NCBI GenBank assembly: GCA_041649315.1
Contig: JBAZNJ010000001.1
Span: 284,549-348,548, forward strand
From: Patescibacteria group bacterium
GTDB taxonomy: Bacteria; Patescibacteriota; Patescibacteriia; Patescibacteriales; UBA12465
Direction of reading: 5' to 3'
Length of the DNA: 64,000 nt
The position numbers and the translations under genes were made by a program. Of the stretch, positions 40,126 to 49,816 are shown piece by piece. Every line of letters starts with the position of its first letter. Position 1 is the first letter of the stretch. The notes beneath the pieces were generated by a model, which worked only from the letters and a program-made list of their open reading frames with translations, had not been told where the DNA came from and did not search any database.

Positions 40126-40310
40126 ACAAAAAAGCTAGTCATGGCTATCCGCACATATACTAACTTTTTATAATCATATTATACACCTTTCAAAATATTT
40201 GTAAACCCCATATTATCTATTTGTCATAGCTCCATCTTGTCAAAAAGCCTTATCTACGCTATACTTAAGACAATAAACTGTAGGGCTATAGTTTTTTATT
40301 TTATACTAAT

Positions 40311-40694
40311 ATGGAAAATAAATTAGACAAAAAAACCTTGGAAAATATAGAAAAAGAGCTTTTGGCGCAAAAAAAACAGATTATGGCCGATCTGGCTAAA
40401 TTGTCGCGCAAAGATGATCATGAAGCCGACGAAACCTCGGCTAAATTTCCGGAATATGGCGATAAGCCAGATGAAAACGCCCAGGAAATCGCTGATTATT
40501 CAACTAACATTGTCGCGGAAAAAGTTTTGGAAAAAAGCTTGGAAGATATTAATAAAACCCTGGAAAGAATTAAAAAAGGCAATTACGGAATCTGTAAATA
40601 TTGCGGCCAGCCGATTGCGGAAAAACGACTTTTAGCCCGACCGACCGCGAGCTCCTGCATCTCCTGTAAAACCGAACTGCAGGAACAAGATTGA
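40311..40694 (+). CDS. DksA/TraR-family C4-type zinc-finger protein
   Basis: Coiled-coil N-terminus plus CKYCGQPI...CISCK zinc finger. Confidence 0.7.
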   Translation: MENKLDKKTLENIEKELLAQKKQIMADLAKLSRKDDHEADETSAKFPEYGDKPDENAQEIADYSTNIVAEKVLEKSLEDINKTLERIKKGNYGICKYCGQPIAEKRLLARPTASSCISCKTELQEQD

Positions 40695-41188
40695 TTACGA
40701 AAGAAATGAATAAACTATTTCTAAATCTCAAGAATAAAAATATAGCTATTGCTTCTGTGATAGCTATATTTTTTATGATTGATCGCTATTTGAAGCTTGC
40801 GGCCTTGCATTTGGCAAATGGCGAACCTATTAAGCTGATAGGTAATATTTTTTCTTTCAACTTTACGGCTAATTATTATTTAGCTTTTTCTTTGCCCTTA
40901 TCCGGACCATTGGTAAACTCCTTAATAATTTTAATCATTATCGGGTTAATCTATTATATCTTGCTCAACCGGCGCGATTCAGCCAAGCGATGGGAAGTCA
41001 TAATCTTGACATTTATTATCTTTGGTGCTATAAGTAATATACTTGACCGACTGATTTATGGCTATGTTATTGATTATTTAGAGCTGAAATATTTTACGGT
41101 TTTCAACCTGGCGGATGTGATGATCAGCGGCGGGGCGATAATTCTCTTAACCAAAACTATAAAATTAAACAAAAAAACGGCCGCCTAA
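40691..41188 (+). CDS. lspA: Lipoprotein signal peptidase II
   Basis: Four TM helices and the FNLADV motif (YFTVFNLADVMISGG). Confidence 0.8.
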   Translation: MITKEMNKLFLNLKNKNIAIASVIAIFFMIDRYLKLAALHLANGEPIKLIGNIFSFNFTANYYLAFSLPLSGPLVNSLIILIIIGLIYYILLNRRDSAKRWEVIILTFIIFGAISNILDRLIYGYVIDYLELKYFTVFNLADVMISGGAIILLTKTIKLNKKTAA

Positions 41189-41528
41189 GCGGTCGTTTTT
41201 TGCTTTATTTTTTACATTAACTATTCTCTCTCGGAATTTTCTCTTTCCTCTTTAATAGCGTCTGATAATTCCTCTTGGGTCTTAAAAAAACCGATTGTGC
41301 CGTCGCGGAAAGTATATTGGATATTACCTCTTTCCGGCGCCGGACCCTTTTTGGCTACTTCTGGATTTTCAAAATTTGGCATAATCTTTGTAAAATATCA
41401 TAACTTCTATGAATAATTCCAAAAAAAGTTAGCTGATATTCATTATTATTAACTATTGACAATTAATCTTTGTTATATTATAATAAATTGAATAAAAAAA
41501 GTCAATACATTAACAAAAATATAAAGAA

Positions 41529-42074
41529 ATGGAAAAAAAGCAGAAATTTATATTACCTGAATTTTCAGCGTCTTTAAACGGAACGCTGACCGAAAAATTC
41601 GCTGATGAGTTAACCGCTAAGTTAATAAACCTGAGCAAAGATAGCAAAAATATCTATCTAATTATGAACAGCCCTGGGGGGAATTGGGCGGGAGCGATGA
41701 AAATATACGACACTATTCAAATCTTGCCGGTAGAAACTTTTGGAGTAGTTGTCGGGGATGCTTTCTCTATAATTTCCGGAATAATATTACAAGCCTGCCA
41801 TCAACGATTAGCGACAAAAAATTCAAGAATCCATGTTCACGAACTAAACAACCCAGTTACCTGGACATTATCTCCAAGCGATTCTGATGGCTACTTACGT
41901 GATAGCATTTCCTCGGAATTACTAGAAATAAAAAGAAAAAACAAAATTATGAAAGATATTTTAATAAAAAGAGTTTTATTAAATATAAATGGCCTGGAAG
42001 AATTGATGAAAGAAAATAAAATATTACTCCCGATAGAGGCTAAAAAATTCGGCCTTATTGACGAAATAATATAA
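41529..42074 (+). CDS. ClpP-like (S14 peptidase fold) protein, divergent and possibly inactive
   Basis: LIMNSPGG motif. The canonical GxAASMG catalytic-serine context is replaced by VGDAFSIISG. Confidence 0.5.
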   Translation: MEKKQKFILPEFSASLNGTLTEKFADELTAKLINLSKDSKNIYLIMNSPGGNWAGAMKIYDTIQILPVETFGVVVGDAFSIISGIILQACHQRLATKNSRIHVHELNNPVTWTLSPSDSDGYLRDSISSELLEIKRKNKIMKDILIKRVLLNINGLEELMKENKILLPIEAKKFGLIDEII

Positions 42075-42172
42075 AAAACAAAAAAGGAGCTGAAAACATA
42101 ATGTTTAAAGCTCCTTTTAAATTTGTAAAATTTTTTTCCAAGCTTCTTCCGCGCTTATATTTTCCTATAAAA

Positions 42173-42604
42173 TTATTTCAAAACAATCTCTCGTCGGCTA
42201 TTATTTAAATATTTAATTCTCATCACCCTAACCCTTCGCGGCCAAATCTTTTTCACTTTCTCTGCCCATTCAATAACCGTAACCGTTTCCGGAGAATTAA
42301 ATATTTCCTTAACGCCTAAGGCGCTTAATTCTTTTTCGGACTTTAAACGATAAGCGTCAATATGGCAAAAATATTTTATCTCAAAGCCGCGCTTGCTTAT
42401 CTTATATAATTTTAAAATATTAAAAGTCGGGCTATTGACCCGGCTCTTAACGCCCAATCCGGCCGCCAGACCCTGCGCCAATTTTGTTTTGCCGGCGCCG
42501 AGCTCTCCTATTAACACGAAAACTTCGCCGCCGCGACAAGCACGGCCTAAAGCAACGCCATAAGCTAAAGTTTCCTTTTCATTGTGAGTAGTTGTTTTTT
42601 TCAT
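42173..42604 (-). CDS. tsaE: tRNA threonylcarbamoyladenosine biosynthesis protein TsaE (YjeE)
   Basis: P-loop LIGELGAGKT and VNSPTF motif. Confidence 0.8.
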   Translation of the reverse strand: MKKTTTHNEKETLAYGVALGRACRGGEVFVLIGELGAGKTKLAQGLAAGLGVKSRVNSPTFNILKLYKISKRGFEIKYFCHIDAYRLKSEKELSALGVKEIFNSPETVTVIEWAEKVKKIWPRRVRVMRIKYLNNSRREIVLK

Positions 42605-42770
42605 GTCTAAAACATGGAGACAATTTCCGCCTTTACAAGTTTAAATAAAATCTTTTCGGGCGGGAACCTGGTATGACCTGAGGCCCTGGCTCGTTAATAA
42701 TAATTATGCTGATATTATAGCTTTAGATAAATAAAAAAGGAAGTCTGATGTTCTAGACTTCCTTGTAAAT

Positions 42771-43391
42771 TTATGGTTTCCAGTTTATTCCAATTTTTAG
42801 TAATTGATTTTGATTTAAAAAATCATAACCAATATCCGTATAAATTGAAAAGTCTTTGCTGACTGCTTGGGTATATTTTAATGACACGGTGTGCTGTGGC
42901 TTATTCTTCATATAATTAATGAGGCAATAAGTTGCATTAAACCGCCAAGCATTTACAGTAATAGCATTTACTCCGAACAGAAACGAAGCATTTGATTCTA
43001 TTTCCCCCTCTGGTTTTCCGAAAGACCAACCATACCAGTGTAAAGTAGAAATAAATTTTATCGAGGAAAAAACAATCATAGGTCCACCATAAGGAACATT
43101 ATAGAAATAACCAACATTCGGCCCAATTAAAATTTTATCTTTGAATAAGCGATAAAAATAGGTTATTTCTAAATCATTCTCACTGATTGTCATCTGTATT
43201 ATAGCATTATCACTTTCCAGGTTAAAATATAAATATAAACCCGAACTTATAGCCCCTTTACCAGATGAAATGTCAATACTTGATAGATGAATGCTCGCTG
43301 AATCTTTTTTTGCTGAAATTGAATCAGTTTTTGACTGAGCAAAAACGCTAACCGTTAACACGGAAAAAACAATTACTAAAATATTTTTCAT
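42771..43391 (-). CDS. Secreted hypothetical protein
   Basis: Signal peptide MKNILVIVFSVLTVSVFAQS; rich in beta-strand-like residues. Confidence 0.4.
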   Translation of the reverse strand: MKNILVIVFSVLTVSVFAQSKTDSISAKKDSASIHLSSIDISSGKGAISSGLYLYFNLESDNAIIQMTISENDLEITYFYRLFKDKILIGPNVGYFYNVPYGGPMIVFSSIKFISTLHWYGWSFGKPEGEIESNASFLFGVNAITVNAWRFNATYCLINYMKNKPQHTVSLKYTQAVSKDFSIYTDIGYDFLNQNQLLKIGINWKP

Positions 43392-43657
43392 GATTTATTC
43401 CTTTTTTAAAGATTAAATTATTCGATTAATTACTAAATCTGCCTTCCGCCGGCTGACGTATTTAGACAAACTTGGTAATTAATCAAATATAACCTTATTT
43501 GTAAACGAACTATCCCCTACTATTTTAATGTTTATATAATAGCATACTTTCAGTTAAATGTCAATAACCCGCTAATTTACTGGGAAAAGCTTAACAAAAC
43601 TATCCATTAACTTGTTTATACGCAAAAGACCCCCAAAATAGGAGTCTTGACTTAAGG

Positions 43658-43731
43658 TGGGCGCACAAGGATTTGAACCCTGGACCCCTTCGGTGTAAAC
43701 GAAGTGCTCTAACCAGCTGAGCTATGCGCCC
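43658..43731 (-). tRNA. tRNA-Val (anticodon UAC)
   Basis: Reverse complement GGGCGCATAGCTCAGCTGGTTAGAGCACTTCGTTTACACCGAAGGGGTCCAGGGTTCAAATCCTTGTGCGCCCA. Confidence 0.85.
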
Positions 43732-43753
43732 GATTTTTTAACAAACGATCTAG

Positions 43754-43835
43754 TGCGCGAGAGAGGACTTGAACCTCCACGCCTTGCGGCACTGGCACCT
43801 CAAGCCAGCCTGGCTACCAATTACAGCACTCGCGC
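43754..43835 (-). tRNA. tRNA-Leu (anticodon GAG), class II
   Basis: Reverse complement GCGCGAGTGCTGTAATTGGTAGCCAGGCTGGCTTGAGGTGCCAGTGCCGCAAGGCGTGGAGGTTCAAGTCCTCTCTCGCGCA. Confidence 0.85.
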
Positions 43836-43842
43836 TTAGAAG

Positions 43843-43868
43843 AAAACCGCCACTAGAGGGCGGCTTTC
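43843..43868 (-). terminator. Terminator of rplS
   Basis: aaaaccgccactagagggcggctttc hairpin (ccgcc/ggcgg) with flanking A and T runs. Confidence 0.6.
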
Positions 43869-43877
43869 TTGATTTCT

Positions 43878-44204
43878 TTATTTAACAACTTTTTCTTTTA
43901 ATCTCTTCTTATAACCGCTTCGTAAATAATAAAGCTTTGCTTGCCGAACCGCGGCTTGCTTCTTAATTTCAATCTTGGTAATCGTCGGCAAATTAAGCGG
44001 AAAAATCTTTTCCACGCCAATACCCTCGGAAACCTTGCGGACAGTAATCGTCGCCCCGGTCTCTTTATTATGCTTCCGAGCGATAATCATGCCTTCAAAA
44101 TACTGCACCCGCTCTTTTTCTTCGCCTTTAGAATTTAATTCTTTAATTTTCTGATAAACCCTGACGGTCATTCCGGGCTTCAGTTCTAATTTGGTCTCAA
44201 CCAT
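43878..44204 (-). CDS. rplS: 50S ribosomal protein L19
   Basis: GMTVRVYQKIKE...ERVQYFEGMIIARK...ITVRKVSEGIGVEKIFPLNLP. Confidence 0.9.
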   Translation of the reverse strand: MVETKLELKPGMTVRVYQKIKELNSKGEEKERVQYFEGMIIARKHNKETGATITVRKVSEGIGVEKIFPLNLPTITKIEIKKQAAVRQAKLYYLRSGYKKRLKEKVVK

Positions 44205-44377
44205 ATAATTTTTAAACGAGATTTTAAAATCTCGTTTTTATGCTTATTTATTTTAAATCTTGTCTAATATTATAACTATTTTTTCTTATTGTCAAGAAGC
44301 TATGGATAGGGCTAATGGCCTACCAATAAACAATATTATTATAAGATAATTGCCAAAATCCGTCCGCAATCCATGCT

Positions 44378-44950
44378 TTACAAAGTCCTGTCCGCGGCTG
44401 AATCGGCCTTAACCCTAGCTAAAACCGCGGCAAAAACCTCTGCCGGCGGCATATCGGTCGTATCTAAGTAAAAATCATAATTTTTCGGGTCGTAAGCGTC
44501 AATATTATAGTATTTGCGATAACGGAAATTATCGCTGGCAATCCGCTCCTGATTACTAGCCAGAACGTCCTGCCAACTGGCCAAGTCGGCGGCTTCATTG
44601 CGGTCATTTTTCTTCTGCAAGGCCTTAAAAATCCGTTTTGCTCCATCTTCCTGGTTAACATCTAAATAAATTTTCAAAGAATGAGGGATAAAATGCCAAC
44701 AAGTCCGGCCTTCAATCACAAAATTATCCTCTTTTTCGCCTAATTCCTTAACATAATCATCAACTTCTTGATCGGTCACGGGATCGCTTTCGCCTAATTT
44801 ATTGTATTCGGCCAAGGTTAGCCCTCGTTTTTTCGCCGCCTCCCGACGCAATCCGCCCATATAGTAGCGCGGCCAGCCAAGCTTTTCGGCCAACATCTGA
44901 GCAATCGTGCTTTTACCCGATCCGGGCGCGCCGCTTAAAGAAATTATCAT
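44378..44950 (-). CDS. Cytidylate kinase, archaeal-type (COG1102-like (d)CMP kinase)
   Basis: MIISLSGAPGSGKSTIAQMLAEKLG P-loop; about 190 aa; layout of archaeal-type CMP kinases. Confidence 0.55.
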   Translation of the reverse strand: MIISLSGAPGSGKSTIAQMLAEKLGWPRYYMGGLRREAAKKRGLTLAEYNKLGESDPVTDQEVDDYVKELGEKEDNFVIEGRTCWHFIPHSLKIYLDVNQEDGAKRIFKALQKKNDRNEAADLASWQDVLASNQERIASDNFRYRKYYNIDAYDPKNYDFYLDTTDMPPAEVFAAVLARVKADSAADRTL

Positions 44951-45073
44951 AAATTTATTTGGATTATAATTGGATTATAAAAAGGTTTTATTGTATTTTT
45001 ATGAAAACTTTACTATCATATTAACTATATTATACTAATTATTAAACGGCTAAGCTAAAAAAGCAAGACCTTT

Positions 45074-47833
45074 ATGTATTTAGAAAAACTGGAAATCCAA
45101 GGTTTTAAATCTTTCGCTAATAAAAATAAACTAATCTTCTCCGGCTTGATTGGCGCGGAGAAGCGTGGCTTGACCGCGATTGTCGGTCCGAACGGCTCAG
45201 GAAAATCTAATGTCGCTGATGCTATCCGTTGGGCGCTCGGCGAGCAAAGCATGAAAACCCTGCGCGGTAAAAAAAGCGAGGATATTATTTTTTCCGGCTC
45301 GGACCAAAAAAACCAGCTTGGCTTTGCCGAGGTCTCTTTATATTTAAATAACGCTGAGTCAGCGAAAAACAAAGAAAAAGAAGAAATTATTATTGAAGAA
45401 GAAAAAGATCTTGACCGCCTGATTTTAAGCTGTCCGGAAATAAGCATTACCCGGCGGCTCTATCGCAACGGCGACAGCGAATATTTAATCAACAATAACC
45501 GGGCGCGCTTGACCGATATTCAAATGCTTTTAGCGAAAGCTAATTTCGGCCAAAAAACTTATAGCGTCATCGGCCAAGGCATGGTGGAAAATTTCTTAAG
45601 CACCTCGGCGGCCGAACGCAAGGATTTTTTTGATGAAGCGACCGGCGTCAAGCAATTCCAGATCAAACGCGATTCGGCTTTAAATAAATTAGAAAGCAGT
45701 TATGAAAATCTCCAGCAGGTCGAGATGCTTTTAGCGGAAATCCGACCGCGCTTAAAAAGCTTGACTCGCAGTGTAGAAAAGCTAAAACGACGTAGCGAAA
45801 TTGAAGCGGAATTAAAAAACCGGCAACTGAATTATTATTATCATCTATGGAAAGAGATTAATGAAAAATTGGATTCTTATAACGCAACATTTTTAGAAAA
45901 AGAAAAAGTAAAAATCGACCGCGATAAAAAAATCGCCAAACTTAATGAAGATCTTAATAAGATTAAGCAGACCGATAATAACCGCGCCTGGAACGAGCTC
46001 CAGCCGCGGCTCCAGGAATTACATAATTCTAAAAATCAACTGCACAAGCAACTGGCGAAATACCAAGCCGAATTAGAAATCGGCCTAGAGTCGCAGGGGA
46101 AATTCGACCTGTCCTGGTTAAACAGTAAACAAAGCGAATTAAGCGCGGATTTAGAAAAAGCGGAAAAAGAACTTGCCCTGCTTATTCCCGAACAAAAAAA
46201 TGACGAAGAAAGAGAATTGGCTGATAAATTAGCTCGCTTGAACAAAGAATTAGAAGAAGCTAATCGCCGCTTGCGAAGCGCCAGCGCGGGTCTGGGCGGC
46301 GAACGGCAGGAAAAAACGCGAGAAGAAATAAACAAGATTATTACTGATTTCTTAAGCCGTCTGGAAGAGATAAGCGCCGAAGAAGATTTAACAACTATTA
46401 AAACGGCTCTGCGCGCCGCTCAAGACGATTTTAAAAATCAAATCAAGGATTTCTTAAACACCGGCGAAGAAAACCAATTGTTAGCCATCAAAGAAATCCA
46501 GGAAAAAATAATTTCCCTAAACGAAGAAAAACAGACAATCAGTGCGACCCTTAACGATCAGCGTTTCCGTTCGGCCGCCGCGAAAGAAAAATATAATTTA
46601 TGGCGAGAAAAGAAAACCCAATTAGAACGCGAGCTTAGCGAGATTAAAAATAAAATCGCCCGCCAAGGCGCACCGGATGATAAGAGCGGCGCTCTAATCG
46701 CACGGCAAGAAGTGGAAAAAAACCTCGAGAATGTTAATGAACAGATTAAAAATTTAGAAAAAGAAGCGGAAGGCCTTAACGCCGCCAAGGATCGAGAAAA
46801 ATCTCTGATTTTTGACTGTCAGCGCAATCTACAAGCGGTTCAGAAAGAAGTTGATTTCTTGAACATCGAACTTAATGAATTAAAAGTAAGCGCCGCCCGG
46901 CAAGAAACGCGGCTTGAAGATTTAGAAAATAATATTCGCAATGACGGCCTGAATCTTTTGGAAATTAAGGGTGGGGAAAATAAAATTGATGAAGAGTCGG
47001 GCGAATTTGACGCAGATAAAATGATCCGCCGAATAACCGAGTTAAAAAATCAACTTGACCAGATTGGCGGCATTGACCCGGAAACAGAAAAAGAATATTC
47101 GGAAACTAAGGAACGCTATGATTTCTTAAGTAACCAAACCGCGGATCTAAATGACGCAATCAAGTCCTTAGAAGAAATAATCTATGAGCTTGATCTAAAC
47201 ATCAAGACCCGCTTTGACGCGGAATTTAAAGTTATTTCAGAAAAATTCAATGAATACTTTAAAATTTTATTCAACGGCGGCAGTGCGAAAATATCAAAAG
47301 TAATGATTGAGGATTTAGAGAAAGAAAATGCTAAAAATAACGGAAGCGGGAATAATGAAGGAGCCGCCGACGGGAATGAAACCACGGCTCATAGCGGACT
47401 AAGCGCGGCGGAAATAAAAATTAAAGAAGAATCCGACGATAAATTGAAAAGAATAAAATTTTTGAAAAAACATAACGCGGTCGGTCTCGCCGGCATTGAA
47501 ATCCAGGCCACGCCCCCGGGCAAACGGATCCAGGCGGTCACTATGCTCTCCGGCGGCGAACGAGCCTTAACAGCCATCGCCTTAATTTCCGCGATTATCA
47601 GCGCCAATCCTTCACCTTTTGTGGTTCTTGATGAAGTTGACGCCGCGCTTGACGAAGCAAACTCGGAACGGTTGGCAAAAATCCTTGATGATTTATCCAA
47701 TAAAACGCAATTTATTGTCATTACTCATAATCGCGCTTCCATGCGACGCGCCAGCATTCTTTATGGCGTAACCATGGAGTCGGACGGCGTGAGTAAACTC
47801 TTGAGCGTTAAATTGGATGAATTGAAAAGATAA
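45074..47833 (+). CDS. smc: Chromosome segregation protein SMC (short form)
   Basis: N-terminal Walker A GPNGSGKSN, long coiled coils, hinge, and C-terminal LSGGERALTAIALISAI...VLDEVDAALD. Confidence 0.85.
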   Translation: MYLEKLEIQGFKSFANKNKLIFSGLIGAEKRGLTAIVGPNGSGKSNVADAIRWALGEQSMKTLRGKKSEDIIFSGSDQKNQLGFAEVSLYLNNAESAKNKEKEEIIIEEEKDLDRLILSCPEISITRRLYRNGDSEYLINNNRARLTDIQMLLAKANFGQKTYSVIGQGMVENFLSTSAAERKDFFDEATGVKQFQIKRDSALNKLESSYENLQQVEMLLAEIRPRLKSLTRSVEKLKRRSEIEAELKNRQLNYYYHLWKEINEKLDSYNATFLEKEKVKIDRDKKIAKLNEDLNKIKQTDNNRAWNELQPRLQELHNSKNQLHKQLAKYQAELEIGLESQGKFDLSWLNSKQSELSADLEKAEKELALLIPEQKNDEERELADKLARLNKELEEANRRLRSASAGLGGERQEKTREEINKIITDFLSRLEEISAEEDLTTIKTALRAAQDDFKNQIKDFLNTGEENQLLAIKEIQEKIISLNEEKQTISATLNDQRFRSAAAKEKYNLWREKKTQLERELSEIKNKIARQGAPDDKSGALIARQEVEKNLENVNEQIKNLEKEAEGLNAAKDREKSLIFDCQRNLQAVQKEVDFLNIELNELKVSAARQETRLEDLENNIRNDGLNLLEIKGGENKIDEESGEFDADKMIRRITELKNQLDQIGGIDPETEKEYSETKERYDFLSNQTADLNDAIKSLEEIIYELDLNIKTRFDAEFKVISEKFNEYFKILFNGGSAKISKVMIEDLEKENAKNNGSGNNEGAADGNETTAHSGLSAAEIKIKEESDDKLKRIKFLKKHNAVGLAGIEIQATPPGKRIQAVTMLSGGERALTAIALISAIISANPSPFVVLDEVDAALDEANSERLAKILDDLSNKTQFIVITHNRASMRRASILYGVTMESDGVSKLLSVKLDELKR

Positions 47834-47856
47834 TGATTTTATTTTTATGACCAGCA

Positions 47857-48012
47857 GCCGTTCGGGCGGCAATACTACTGAGCGCCTGTAATTTCGTAGA
47901 GCAAAATTTATCGCCGGCCGCCGGAGCGCCGAGTAGGCGGCGGAGGCGGAAAAGAGGCGGTGGATTTTGCCACAGAAATTACCGAAGCGAAGGAGTGTTG
48001 CCGACGAACGGC
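47857..48012. mobile_element. GC-rich 156-bp MITE-like element with terminal inverted repeats, copy 2 (inverted relative to copy 1)
   Basis: Its reverse complement aligns end to end with 25753..25907. Ends are gccgttcgggcggc ... gccgacgaacggc. Confidence 0.75.
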
Positions 48013-48207
48013 CAATAATTTATCGATAACAAAAAATTCCTCATAAAAAAATAATTTAGAAAAAATTTAAATAATTTTCACGCCTGATTTTATATAATAA
48101 AACCGCCCTTAGCCAAGGCGGTTTTTAAAATTCTTGACAATAGTCAAAAATTTAAAAATTTTAATCAAATTGGAAATTAGGATTTAGAAATTTGAAATTA
48201 AATATTT

Positions 48208-49746
48208 ATGCCCACAAAAATATTATCCGCCGCTCTAAACGGCTTGGACGCGGTTATTGTCGCCGTGGAAGCCGATTCCGGCGGCGGCGATTTTGGTCGG
48301 ATAACGATCGTCGGCCTGCCGGACACGGCAGTTTCCGAAGCGCGCGAACGGGTCCGTAGCGCTTTGCGCCATTCCGGCTTTCCTTATCCGCAACGAAAAA
48401 TCACGGTTAATCTCGCTCCGGCGGATTTAAAAAAACACGGACCAGCTTATGACCTGCCGATTGCTGTGAGCATTTTAGCTTTAAAAAATCGCCTGGCTTT
48501 TGACCCGGCAAAAAGCTTAATCGCCGGCGAACTCTCTTTAGACGGTTCAACCCGGCCGCTCAACGGTGCCTTATCAATCGCCATGGCCGCCAAACAGGCA
48601 AAAATAAAAAATCTTTTTTTGCCGGCGGCCAATGTCGCCGAGGCCGGCTTGATAAAAAATCTAAAAATTTTTCCGGTTGAAAATTTAAACCAACTAATTC
48701 TTCATCTTCAAAACAAACAGCGCCTAAGCGCCTGGTCCGGCGATCAGCGACAAGCAAAAAAAAGCCCGGTAGCTAAAGAGCGGGGAAATACGGTTAACCT
48801 AAGCGAAATAAGCGGGCAAGAACATGCCAAGCGGGCCTTAGAAATTACCGCGGCCGGCGGGCATAATCTTCTATTCTTCGGTCCGCCCGGCAGTGGCAAG
48901 ACCTTGCTTGCAAAATCCATGCCGAGCATTTTGCCAAAACTTAATACTCAAGAAAAATTAGAAATAACTAAAATTTACAGCGCCGCCGGCGAACTTAAAA
49001 ACCAGGCTGGTCTGATCTTATCCCGCCCTTTCCGTTCACCTCATCATAGCGCCTCCGGCATCGCCTTAATCGGCGGCGGCTCCCAACCCCGGCCGGGAGA
49101 AATTTCCTTAGCGCACCGCGGCGTTCTATTCTTAGACGAATTTCCGGAATTTTCCCGCGCCGCTTTAGAAAATCTGCGCCAACCGCTAGAAGACGGGGAA
49201 ATCAGCATTTCTCGAGCGGCCGCTTCTCTAAAATTTCCCGCAAAATTTATGCTTATCGCCGCCATGAATCCTTGCCCCTGCGGTTATTTCGGCGATAAAA
49301 GCCGGACTTGTTCCTGCGGCCCGAAACAGATTGCCGCCTACCGCCGGCGCTTATCCGGCCCGATTATTGACCGCATTGACCTGCATGTCGAAGTGCCGCG
49401 GATTAATTTAGAAAAAATCAACCGGGAAAAAAATCCGGAAAATTCCGCCTTGGTCCGCAAACGGATTGAAGCGGCACGAAACATCCAAGCGGCGCGCTTT
49501 AAAAAACAAAATTTTTCCACTAACGCCGAAATGATTAATGCCGCCATTAAAGATTTCTGTCTTTTGGATTTAGCCGGCCAGCGCTTGCTCCGCCAAGCTG
49601 CGGAAAAAATAAACTTATCCGCCCGATCTTACTTCCGGGTCTTAAAATTAGCTCGAACTATTGCCGATTTGGCTCAAGAAAAAAATATCTTAAACAGCCA
49701 TCTGGCCGAAGCCCTACAATACCGGCCGAAATTCCCCGCTCTTTGA
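48208..49746 (+). CDS. Mg-chelatase-like AAA+ protein YifB/ComM family
   Basis: N-terminal Lon-like domain (ITVNLAPADLKKHGPAYDLPIA), AAA+ Walker A GPPGSGKT, and C-terminal ChlI-like region. Confidence 0.85.
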   Translation: MPTKILSAALNGLDAVIVAVEADSGGGDFGRITIVGLPDTAVSEARERVRSALRHSGFPYPQRKITVNLAPADLKKHGPAYDLPIAVSILALKNRLAFDPAKSLIAGELSLDGSTRPLNGALSIAMAAKQAKIKNLFLPAANVAEAGLIKNLKIFPVENLNQLILHLQNKQRLSAWSGDQRQAKKSPVAKERGNTVNLSEISGQEHAKRALEITAAGGHNLLFFGPPGSGKTLLAKSMPSILPKLNTQEKLEITKIYSAAGELKNQAGLILSRPFRSPHHSASGIALIGGGSQPRPGEISLAHRGVLFLDEFPEFSRAALENLRQPLEDGEISISRAAASLKFPAKFMLIAAMNPCPCGYFGDKSRTCSCGPKQIAAYRRRLSGPIIDRIDLHVEVPRINLEKINREKNPENSALVRKRIEAARNIQAARFKKQNFSTNAEMINAAIKDFCLLDLAGQRLLRQAAEKINLSARSYFRVLKLARTIADLAQEKNILNSHLAEALQYRPKFPAL

Positions 49747-49816
49747 ATAATAATGTTGATTTTGCTATAATAAGAACAGAATTCCTCTAAACTTTATAAA
49801 TTAATTTCTTCTGAAT

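Noticed and set aside
42605-42700. Possible SRP (4.5S) RNA: gggcgggaacctggtatgacctgaggccctgg
   Set aside because: On neither strand does it reproduce the conserved domain IV motif of 4.5S RNA (ACCAGGUCAGGUCCGGAAGGAAGCAGCC-like). It is more likely a promoter-proximal GC patch for tsaE.
46036-47721. Several 67-110-aa minus-strand ORFs inside smc
   Set aside because: Antisense to the SMC coiled-coil region, which is open on many frames because of repetitive composition.
48447-49547. Minus-strand ORFs of 61-73 aa inside the ComM-like gene
   Set aside because: Antisense to a high-confidence AAA+ CDS.
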